A stretch of 63,237 nt of DNA from an uncultured Planctomycetaceae bacterium. GTDB taxonomy: Bacteria > Planctomycetota > Planctomycetia > Pirellulales > UBA1268. Location: positions 1-63,237 of the forward strand of contig CAIXGY010000003.1 in NCBI GenBank assembly GCA_903919035.1, read 5' to 3'. The translations under genes were made by a program, and so were the position numbers. The notes under the pieces are model-generated. The model was not told the origin of the DNA. It ran no database searches and saw nothing but the letters and a program-made list of their open reading frames with translations. Below are positions 21,264 through 29,295 of this stretch, piece by piece (positions within the stretch are counted from its first letter, which is position 1; each line of letters starts with the position of its first letter).

Positions 21264-21689
21264 ATGGACATCCTCGGCGAGATCTTGAAGCAGGTGATCG
21301 AAGGCGCGGCGCAGCAGCAGGCCCCCCAGCGGCAGCCCCAACCGCAGCCCCGGCCCGCGCCGCAGCCCCCCCAGGGCATGCCCTCGGCCAACGATCTCAC
21401 CGACATCCTCTCGCAGATCTTTGGCGGGGGCGGCGCGCAGAAACTGCCCGACGTCGTGCGACAGTTCGAGGAAAAGGGGATGCGGGATCAGGTCGACTCG
21501 TGGGTTCGCACCGGCCCGAACAAGCCGGTGGAGCGACGGCAGATCGAGGATGTCTTCGGCCAGCGCGAGCTCGACCAGCTTGCCCGCTCGAAGGGCATCG
21601 ACCGCAACGAACTCGCCGAGGTGCTCGCCAAGTACATCCCGCGGATCATCGACGAGCTCACCCCGCAGGGCCAACTCCCACGCCGCTGA
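21264..21689 (+). CDS. YidB-family (DUF937) protein
   Basis: MDILGEILKQV..., a Q/P-rich linker, DQVDSWV..G.N.P...QIE..FG...L..LA...G.....L...L...IP.IID.LTPQG. Confidence 0.65.
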   Translation: MDILGEILKQVIEGAAQQQAPQRQPQPQPRPAPQPPQGMPSANDLTDILSQIFGGGGAQKLPDVVRQFEEKGMRDQVDSWVRTGPNKPVERRQIEDVFGQRELDQLARSKGIDRNELAEVLAKYIPRIIDELTPQGQLPRR

Positions 21690-21963
21690 TGGGACGTGGA
21701 CGAAGGCACCTATCGCCTGGAGTCGCGCCATGATCCGCGACGGCGCGACGACTTGAATCGCCGCCGATGGGCACGGCGCCACCATGCCCGTCGGCACGAC
21801 CGCGACAGCCGCTCCGGACTGCCTGCGCCTCCGAGTTTGTGCAGGCCCCGTGGGCGGGCCGCCGATACCTTCTTTCGTGCCGGTGATCACCGGCCTCGTG
21901 CCCGCGGCGGTCTCGTCCGCCTGCGTCGCGTCATCGACCGCCTTCCTCCATTCAGGAACCGTC

Positions 21964-22833
21964 ATGCCCACCCGTCGCCCCAAGCCCGCCGCCGCCGTCC
22001 AGACGCCGCTGGAGACCTACCTCCGCGAGATCAACGAGACGTCGCTCCTCACCGCCGACGAGGAAAAGCGGCTGGCCAGGGCGATCGCGAAAGGGGACGC
22101 GCTGGCACGCGACCACATGGTGCGGGCCAACCTCCGGCTGGTCGTCAACATCGCCCGCGGCTATGCCAACCGTGGCCTGCCGCTGCCGGATCTCATCGAA
22201 GAGGGCAATCTCGGCCTGCTGCGGGCGGTCGAGGGCTTCGATCCCGAGATGGGCACGCGGTTCAGCACCTACGCGAGCTACTGGATCAAGCAGTCGATCA
22301 AGCGGGCGCTCATCAACTCCGGCAAGACGATCCGGATTCCTGCCTACATGGTCGAGCTGCTTTCCAAGTGGCGGCGGGCCACACTGCGGCTCTCCGAGGT
22401 GCTCGGTCGCACACCGACGCCGGAGGAGATCGCCCGGCTCCTGGGACTCGCCCGCAAGAAGCTGCCGATCATCAAGAAGGCGATTCACGTTCACACCGCG
22501 ACGCCACACACCGAACAGGAGGACGGCGGCTGGTCACTCGGTGAGCTGCTTCACGACGACGGGGCCCGGTGCCCTGCCGACGTGCTCCTCGACGCCGACA
22601 CACTGACGCACGTCATGCAGCGCATCGACCAACTCGACGATCGCGCCGCCCGGATCATCCGCCTGCGGTTCGGACTCGGCGGTGGCGAGCCGATGACGCT
22701 CAAGGAGATCGGCGCCGAGTTGGGGCTCACCCGGGAGCGGGTGCGGCAGATCGAGGCCGAGACGCTCGCCAACCTGGCGCTCGCGATCGACGGCGGCCCG
22801 GCGGCCAACGTCCGTCTCCGGCAGGGGGCCTGA
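21964..22833 (+). CDS. RNA polymerase sigma-70 family factor (RpoD/SigA-type regions 2-4)
   Basis: YLREI....LLTA.EE..LA..I, NLRLVVNIARGY.NRGL...DLIEEGNLGL..AVE.FD...G.RFSTYA.YWIKQ, and LTRERVRQIE. Confidence 0.85.
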   Translation: MPTRRPKPAAAVQTPLETYLREINETSLLTADEEKRLARAIAKGDALARDHMVRANLRLVVNIARGYANRGLPLPDLIEEGNLGLLRAVEGFDPEMGTRFSTYASYWIKQSIKRALINSGKTIRIPAYMVELLSKWRRATLRLSEVLGRTPTPEEIARLLGLARKKLPIIKKAIHVHTATPHTEQEDGGWSLGELLHDDGARCPADVLLDADTLTHVMQRIDQLDDRAARIIRLRFGLGGGEPMTLKEIGAELGLTRERVRQIEAETLANLALAIDGGPAANVRLRQGA

Positions 22834-22835
22834 CC

Positions 22836-23348
22836 ATGGATCTCGGCACGTTCGTCCGCCCCATTCCCGACTTTCCCAAGCCGGGCATCCTGTTTCGCGA
22901 CATCACGCCGCTCCTGGCGGACGCCGCGGCGCTGACCCACGCCATCGACCGCCTCGTGGAGCCCTGGCGGAGCGAGCGGCTGGCCGCCGTCGCCGCCGTC
23001 GAGGCCCGAGGATTCCTGTTCGCGGTGCCCATGGCATTGGAACTGGGGGTGGGTGTGATCCCCGTCCGCAAGCCCGGGAAACTTCCCGCCGCCACGATCT
23101 CCCACGAGTACGACCTCGAGTACGGGCGTGATCGGCTCGAGGTGCATGCCGACGTCCTCGCGCGACACGACCGCGTGCTCGTCGTCGACGACGTGCTGGC
23201 CACCGGGGGCACCGCGGCCGCCTGCATGAAGCTCATCGAACGGGCCGGTGGCGTGGTGGCCGGAGCGTCGTTCCTGATCGAGCTCACTGCCTTGGGAGGC
23301 CGCGAGCGGCTCGGGCCGCACCGCGTGGAATCCGTGCTCGCCTACTGA
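22836..23348 (+). CDS. apt: Adenine phosphoribosyltransferase
   Basis: IPDFPKPGILFRDITPLL, EARGFLF, and VLVVDDVLATGGTA (PRPP loop). Confidence 0.92.
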   Translation: MDLGTFVRPIPDFPKPGILFRDITPLLADAAALTHAIDRLVEPWRSERLAAVAAVEARGFLFAVPMALELGVGVIPVRKPGKLPAATISHEYDLEYGRDRLEVHADVLARHDRVLVVDDVLATGGTAAACMKLIERAGGVVAGASFLIELTALGGRERLGPHRVESVLAY

Positions 23349-23357
23349 TCGATACGG

Positions 23358-24458
23358 ATGCCTGGCACCTGCACTTCCCGCGTCGTCGTAGCGATGTCCG
23401 GAGGCGTCGACTCGAGCGTGGCCGCCGCGCTGCTCGTGGAGGCGGGCCACGACGTCGTCGGCGTCTTCATGCGGCAGGGAAGACCGCCGGACACCACCGC
23501 CGAGCCCGACCGACCGGGCCATCAGGGATGCTGCGGCGTGGCCGACGCGCTCGATGCCCGCCGCGTGGCCGACCGGCTGGGGATCCCGCTCTACGCCCTC
23601 GACCTCACGCCCGACTTCGGCCGCATCATCGACTATTTCGTGGGGGAATATGGCCGCGGCCGCACCCCCAATCCCTGTGTGCGGTGTAACTCCTGGCTCA
23701 AGTTCGGCCGGCTCTTCGACCACGCCGACGCGATCGGCGCGACCCACGTGGCCACGGGGCACTACGCGCGGCTGGGGATCGGACCTGATGGCAGTCCATG
23801 GCTCCGCCGCGGCCGCGATGCCGCCCGGGATCAGTCCTACGTGCTCTTCGACGTGCGGCCGGAACGTCTGGCACGGATGCTCCTGCCGGTCGGGGAGTTT
23901 CCCAAGGCGGAGGTGCGCGACCGGGCCCGGACCCTGGGCCTCGCCACGGCCGACAAACCGGACAGCCAGGAGATCTGTTTCGTCGCCCCCGGCGAACACG
24001 CGGCGCTCGTGGCCCGGCGGCTCGGCGGCTCGCGAGCCGGCGACGTCGTCGATTCATCCGGCAGGATTCTCGGCCGCCACTCCGGCATCGAACACTTCAC
24101 CGTCGGTCAGCGGCACGGCCTGGGCATCGCGACCGGCCGACCGCTCCACGTGATCGCGATCGAGGCCGACGGATGTCGCGTGGTCGTGGGGCCGCGTGAG
24201 GCGGTGCCGGAACTGGCACTCGTCGCCAGCGATGCCGCGTGGCTCGGCCCGGCGCCGACCGAACCGTTCGCGTGCCTCGTCCAGTGCCGGGCGCAGCGGG
24301 GACCGGCGCCGGCCGTCGTCACGCCGCTTGCCGACGGCCGGTTCGCAGCCCGGTTCACCGGCGGCCCCGAGTCTTCGCCGGGCCCGATTTCTCCGGGGCA
24401 GCCGGCGGTCTGCTACGCGGGCGACAGGGTGCTCGGCGGCGGCTGGATCACGGCCTGA
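23358..24458 (+). CDS. mnmA: tRNA 2-thiouridine(34) synthase
   Basis: [17 protein letters not shown]-loop, [21 protein letters not shown]. Confidence 0.9.
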   Translation: MPGTCTSRVVVAMSGGVDSSVAAALLVEAGHDVVGVFMRQGRPPDTTAEPDRPGHQGCCGVADALDARRVADRLGIPLYALDLTPDFGRIIDYFVGEYGRGRTPNPCVRCNSWLKFGRLFDHADAIGATHVATGHYARLGIGPDGSPWLRRGRDAARDQSYVLFDVRPERLARMLLPVGEFPKAEVRDRARTLGLATADKPDSQEICFVAPGEHAALVARRLGGSRAGDVVDSSGRILGRHSGIEHFTVGQRHGLGIATGRPLHVIAIEADGCRVVVGPREAVPELALVASDAAWLGPAPTEPFACLVQCRAQRGPAPAVVTPLADGRFAARFTGGPESSPGPISPGQPAVCYAGDRVLGGGWITA

Positions 24459-24529
24459 ACGGGTGTTTTTGGCCGTCCCGAAAACGCGAACTAGGCTTGA
24501 GCCGTGGAATCCGGCGGGGCGCCGGAACC

Positions 24530-25519
24530 ATGCCCCGGCCTCCGGCCGATCCTCGGACCACGACGACGTACCCCATGCCAAACCTGCCGCTGCCCGTGGT
24601 CGCCGTCGCCGCGCTGCTGCTGGGCTTCATCGCCCTGACGATGCTCCTGCTCGTGTTCAACTACGGGCAACTCTGGTTCCAGGCCTACTGGTCGAAGGCC
24701 CACGTCTCGTTCGCGTCGCTCCTCGGCATGAGCCTGCGGAAGGTCAACGCCCGGACCATCGTGCAGGCGCGGATCATGGCCACGCAGGCCGGCCTGGGTT
24801 CCGATATCACGCCACGCCGGCTCGAGGCCCACTATCTCGCCGGCGGTGACGTGCCCCGCGTGATCCGGGCGTTGATCGCCGCCCAGCGGGCTGATCTCGA
24901 CCTGGATTTCGACAGGGCCTGCGCCATCGATCTGGCCGGTCGCGACGTGCTCGACGCGGTGCAGACGAGCGTCAACCCCAAGGTCATCGACTGCCCGGAC
25001 GTCGCCAGCGGCAAACCCAACCTCTCGGCCGTGGCCAAGAACGGCGTCGAGCTGAAAATCCGAGCCCGGGTCACCGTCCGCACGAACCTCCAGCAGCTCA
25101 TCGGCGGGGCCACCGAGGAGACGATCATCGCGCGGGTCGGCGAGGGCATCATCACCTCGATCGGCTCGGCCGAGACACATTTCGAGGTGATGGAACACCC
25201 CGACAAGATCTCAAAGGCCGTGCTCCAGCGAGGACTCGACGCCCAGACGGCCTTCCAGATCGTGTCGATCGACATCGCCGACATCGAGGTGGGGGAGAAC
25301 ATCGGGGCCCGCCTCCAGGCCGACCAGGCAGAGGCCGACACCCGCGTCGCCCGGGCCAAGGCGGAGGAGCGGCGGAGCGTGGCCATCGCCCGCGAGCAGG
25401 AAATGAAGGCTGCCACCGCCGAGAATCGGGCCCGGCTTCTCCAGGCAGAGGCACTCGTGCCCCAGAGCATCGGTGACGCCTTCCGGGCCGGTCGGGTGGC
25501 GGGGCGATCGGCGGGCTGA
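24530..25519 (+). CDS. floA: Flotillin-like protein FloA (UPF0365/YqfA family)
   Basis: N-terminal TM helix, then [15 protein letters not shown]...L.GM.LRKV....IV.A.IMA..AGL, HYLAGG.V..VI.ALIAA..A...[12 protein letters not shown]. Start at ATG 24530 or 24575. Confidence 0.8.
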   Translation: MPRPPADPRTTTTYPMPNLPLPVVAVAALLLGFIALTMLLLVFNYGQLWFQAYWSKAHVSFASLLGMSLRKVNARTIVQARIMATQAGLGSDITPRRLEAHYLAGGDVPRVIRALIAAQRADLDLDFDRACAIDLAGRDVLDAVQTSVNPKVIDCPDVASGKPNLSAVAKNGVELKIRARVTVRTNLQQLIGGATEETIIARVGEGIITSIGSAETHFEVMEHPDKISKAVLQRGLDAQTAFQIVSIDIADIEVGENIGARLQADQAEADTRVARAKAEERRSVAIAREQEMKAATAENRARLLQAEALVPQSIGDAFRAGRVAGRSAG

Positions 25520-25728
25520 CGACGGGCTCTTTCCAGCCCCACCCCTCCAGGTTGCCGTGATTGACTGCTCGACGCCGCACCGGTGATACGACCGGGAAAT
25601 TCGGCCAAACCTTGCGGCCCCCGTCTGCCGATAAGCACCGTAGCGGGAGACGGTGCGCCAGGACGGCGGCCGGTCGGACCATCGGTTCGGCCACTCCCGG
25701 TCACCACGATCACAAGGGAGTGTGCGAC

Positions 25729-25980
25729 ATGGCCATCCGCCAACTGCGGGTCTACACGGGTCCGGATCTCGAGCGACCCGGCGTCGTCGGCGTGGTGCCG
25801 GCCCCCATGCAGGCGGCGACCGTGCGGGTGACCCTCGGCGAGGTGCTGCCGCTGCTCGCCGATGCCATGGCGAGCGACCGCACGTGGCTCCGCGACTTCG
25901 CCACGGACACGCTCGAGATCTCCGCGGATCTCCACGACGTCCTGCAGGCCTATCGCCATTTTCGCCGGCCCGGAGCGTGA
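25729..25980 (+). CDS. Hypothetical 83-aa protein
   Basis: ORF with AAGGGAG upstream of the ATG. No family recognised. Confidence 0.4.
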   Translation: MAIRQLRVYTGPDLERPGVVGVVPAPMQAATVRVTLGEVLPLLADAMASDRTWLRDFATDTLEISADLHDVLQAYRHFRRPGA

Positions 25981-26061
25981 GCCACTCCAGGCGGATTTTC
26001 CTGTCGATCGAATATTTTTCCGCTTCGAGGGGGCACTCTTTCGAGGTATGATTCGGGCCAC

Positions 26062-26649
26062 ATGGCGGCCTCCAAGCACAAGCACCCGACTCTCACGCTG
26101 AACCTCGCCGATCTTGGTCGCCGTGTCAGGGCGGCCCGCATCGCCAAACGACTCACCCTCGAGGATGTCGTCGGCGACACCGGCCTGACGGTCAGTTGGC
26201 TCTCGAAACTCGAAAACGGTCTGCTGGCGCCGTCGCTCGAGGCGCTCGTCCGGCTCGCGAAGTCGCTCGAGTGCGGCGTGGAATCGTTGGTGGAAGGGCT
26301 GTCGGTGCCCCCGGCGTTCGTCGTGGACACGCAGGGATCGGCACCTCGACGCAGGCCCCGCACCGCACCCGGCCTGATCGCGGAACCGCTGGCCGACGGC
26401 TGGCCCGACCGCCGGATGCGGCCGGCCATTCTCCACGTCGCCGGCACCGGGAATCGCCACGCGCCCGAACATCACGACGGCGAGCGGTTTCTCATGGTGC
26501 TCGAGGGCGAGATCCGGGTGCTGTACGGCGACGAGCAGATTTCCCTCGGCTGCGGCGACAGCGTCTATCTGCGGGCCACGGTGCCACACGCGATCTGCCC
26601 CGTGGCCGGACGAACGGCCCGCGTGTTGAGCGTGTCCTACGAAGGGTGA
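26062..26649 (+). CDS. XRE-family transcriptional regulator with C-terminal cupin domain
   Basis: HTH LGRRVRAARIAKRLTLEDVVGDTGLTVSWLSKLENG. Cupin motif HHDGERFLMVLEGEI....GD....L..GDSVYL....PH. Confidence 0.8.
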   Translation: MAASKHKHPTLTLNLADLGRRVRAARIAKRLTLEDVVGDTGLTVSWLSKLENGLLAPSLEALVRLAKSLECGVESLVEGLSVPPAFVVDTQGSAPRRRPRTAPGLIAEPLADGWPDRRMRPAILHVAGTGNRHAPEHHDGERFLMVLEGEIRVLYGDEQISLGCGDSVYLRATVPHAICPVAGRTARVLSVSYEG

Positions 26650-26697
26650 CATGCCCGCGAACGTCCGCACGGGCGCTGGTTGCGTCCGGGTCGGACT

Positions 26698-27246
26698 TCA
26701 CCCGTCCACCGGGTTCCCGGGTGTCGGCAAGAGCAACTGCCAGAACTCGAGATCGAGCCAGCGGCCGAACTTGAATCCCGCCTCGCGGACCGTGCCGCAG
26801 CAGCGGAAGCCGAGCGAACTGTGCAGCGCCACGCTGGCCACGTTCGTGGCGTCGATCCCCGCGATGAGCATGTGGAGATCCCGCTTCTTCGCCTCAGCGA
26901 TGGTGGCCTGGAGCAACTGCCGTCCCACCCCTTCGCCGCGGAACCGCTCGTCCACGTAGACCGAGTGCTCGGCCGAGTATTTGTAGGCCGCCCGGGGCCG
27001 GAAGGGGCCCCAGGTCGCGAAGCCGGCGAGCACACCGGGCTCCCATTCGATGCCGAGCACGGGAATGCCGTCCCGCTGCCGGGTCGTGAACCAGTCCCGC
27101 ATCACGTCTACCGTCCGTGGCGCGTATTCATAGAGCGCGGTCGACGTGAGGATCGCGTCGTTATAGATCGCCATGATCGCCGGCAGGTGGGCCTCCGTGC
27201 AGGCGATCACGGCGCGGCGGGGCGGCGGGGGCTTCTTGCGGGGCAT
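26698..27246 (-). CDS. GNAT N-acetyltransferase (phosphinothricin/amino-acid acetyltransferase-like)
   Basis: I..IYN.AI..STA.YE......V....WF......G.PVL...W, YVDERFRGEGVGRQLL, and LGF...G......FKFGRWLDL.F. Confidence 0.8.
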   Translation of the reverse strand: MPRKKPPPPRRAVIACTEAHLPAIMAIYNDAILTSTALYEYAPRTVDVMRDWFTTRQRDGIPVLGIEWEPGVLAGFATWGPFRPRAAYKYSAEHSVYVDERFRGEGVGRQLLQATIAEAKKRDLHMLIAGIDATNVASVALHSSLGFRCCGTVREAGFKFGRWLDLEFWQLLLPTPGNPVDG

Positions 27247-27261
27247 GCGGGAGTCGTCCGG

Positions 27262-28986
27262 TCAGGCGGAGGGCGGCCGGGGCGTGAGGAGCGATACGAC
27301 GACGAGCACCAGGAACCCGAGCGGAATCGTGACGAGTCCCGGCTGGCTGAACGGCATCGGCGCGAGGTCGCGGGAGAGTCCGTAGACCTTTTCGAAGGTG
27401 TCGGCCGAGAGCAGGATCCAGCCCAACGACGCCGCCATCCCCACGATCACCGCCGCCGCGATCCCCTGCTTCGTGGTCCGCGGCCAGAAGAGGAGCATCA
27501 CCAGTGCCGGCAGATTTGCACTCGCCGCGATGTTGAACGCCCAGCCCACGAGAAAGCTGACGTTGAAGTTCTTGAAGAGGATGCCGAGCGCCATGGCCAC
27601 GATCCCCAGGGCCACCGCCGCGATCTTGCCGCACCGCACCTTCTCGTGATCGCTCATCGTCACGCCCATGACATTGGCCACGAGGTCGTGGGCCACGGCG
27701 CCGCTGCCCGCCATGATCAGCCCTGACACCGTGCCGAGCACCGTGGTGAAGGCGATGGCCGAAATGATGGCGAAGAGCATGGTGCTGAACGACTTGGCGA
27801 GCAGCGGGGCCGCCATGTTGGTGTCGGTCGGATCCAGGGCTCCGCTCGTCATCGCACCGAGCCCCAGGTAGAGCGTGAGCACGTAGAACACGCCGATCGC
27901 CGCGATGCCGACGACCGTGCTCTTGCGGGCCGCCGCCGCGTCCTTCACGGTGTAGTAGCGGATGAGAATGTGCGGCAGCGATGCGGTGCCGCAGAACAGC
28001 GCCACCATGAGGCTCGCGAAGTCGAGCCGGTCGGCGAGCTTTCCCGTCGTCAAGCCCTTGAAATAGCCGCCGGGCTTGAGCAGGTCGGCCCCCTTCCGCT
28101 CGACCGGTGAGTAGGTGGTGTGCGTCCCCTCGGCATCGACCCGCTTGGACGCGGTCCACGTGACCACGGTCGAGTCCTGGAGGGCCGAGAGATATTCGAG
28201 CGGCCGGAGGGGACCCGTGGCGGTCTGCCCGGCGTAGCGGTCGGGAAGCCGGGCGATCGTGCCAACCGGACGCAGGTCGTGATCCCGCGTCCGCATCCGG
28301 CCGTCCACGAGCACGGTCCCGTCGGGGCGGATCGTGCGAACCTGCGGGGCGAGGCTCGTGGTGTTTTCCACGAGGCCACGGTTCAGGATCAGCCCGGTCG
28401 TGATCGCGCAGAAAAAAACGAGCAGCGACCCCTTGATGAACTGCACCCAGGTCGTCGACACCATGCCCGCCGTGACCACGATGAGGGTCACGGCCACGCC
28501 CACGATCACGACCCCGGCGGCGTGGGGTAGCCCGAGCAGCGGCGTGATCAGCGACCCGGCACCGACCATCTGCGGGATCAGGTAGAAGAGACTGACGACG
28601 AGCGTCGACACGGCCACGGCGAACTTGATCCCCCGGCTCTGGAACCGGGCGTCGAGGGCGTCGGCCAGCGTGAACGTGCCGAGCTCCTTGATCGGCTCGG
28701 CAATCACGAACAGGGCCACGACCCAGCCGGCGAGGAAGCCGATCGAGTACAAGAATCCGTCGTAGCCCGAGAAGGCGATCATCCCGCAAATGCCCAGGAA
28801 CGACGCGGCCGAAAGGTAGTCGCCCGCGAAGGCGATGCCGTTGACGAACCAATGGATCTGACCGTGGGCCGCGTAGTAGTCCTGAGCCGACTGCTTCTTG
28901 CGGCCGAGCCACAGCGACAGGCCGATCACGCCCGCCACGAAGGCGGCGAAGATGGCGATCGCGGCGGGGGAGGTCTCGTGGAGCAT
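27262..28986 (-). CDS. actP: Sodium:solute symporter family, cation/acetate symporter ActP-like
   Basis: DYY.A.G.I..F.NG.A.AGDY.SAASFLGI......SGYDG..YS.GFL.GW and TTWVQ.IK match ActP. Carries a ~120-aa extra loop. Preceded by a DUF485 gene, as in yjcH-actP. Confidence 0.8.
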   Translation of the reverse strand: MLHETSPAAIAIFAAFVAGVIGLSLWLGRKKQSAQDYYAAHGQIHWFVNGIAFAGDYLSAASFLGICGMIAFSGYDGFLYSIGFLAGWVVALFVIAEPIKELGTFTLADALDARFQSRGIKFAVAVSTLVVSLFYLIPQMVGAGSLITPLLGLPHAAGVVIVGVAVTLIVVTAGMVSTTWVQFIKGSLLVFFCAITTGLILNRGLVENTTSLAPQVRTIRPDGTVLVDGRMRTRDHDLRPVGTIARLPDRYAGQTATGPLRPLEYLSALQDSTVVTWTASKRVDAEGTHTTYSPVERKGADLLKPGGYFKGLTTGKLADRLDFASLMVALFCGTASLPHILIRYYTVKDAAAARKSTVVGIAAIGVFYVLTLYLGLGAMTSGALDPTDTNMAAPLLAKSFSTMLFAIISAIAFTTVLGTVSGLIMAGSGAVAHDLVANVMGVTMSDHEKVRCGKIAAVALGIVAMALGILFKNFNVSFLVGWAFNIAASANLPALVMLLFWPRTTKQGIAAAVIVGMAASLGWILLSADTFEKVYGLSRDLAPMPFSQPGLVTIPLGFLVLVVVSLLTPRPPSA

Positions 28987-28990
28987 CTCG

Positions 28991-29218
28991 TCAGCGACCC
29001 GCCCGCGCGATCATGTAGACGACCGCGAGCGCGAAGGCCGCGGCGATGAGTCCCATGCCTGCCACGATCGCCAGGTTCACGCCGCCAAATGGCCGCAGCG
29101 CCACCAGATCGGGCCGCGCGAGCACAAGCGCCATGAAGCCGCCGTACAGGGCCACATAGACCCAGAAGAGGGCGAGGCCCGCGCGACTGGCCCGCGGTGG
29201 CGTGGGAGGCGGCGACAT
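28991..29218 (-). CDS. DUF485 (YjcH-like) small membrane protein
   Basis: 75 aa with two TM helices (FWVYVALYGGFMALV..., LAIVAGMGLIAAAFALAVVY). Ends 5 nt before actP. Confidence 0.7.
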   Translation of the reverse strand: MSPPPTPPRASRAGLALFWVYVALYGGFMALVLARPDLVALRPFGGVNLAIVAGMGLIAAAFALAVVYMIARAGR

Positions 29219-29295
29219 CGGTGAGGCGTCCCTGGTCCCTGGTCCCTGGTTCCGGCGGCGACCGGCGCGCTTTCGTCCACAGGAGAATACACGGT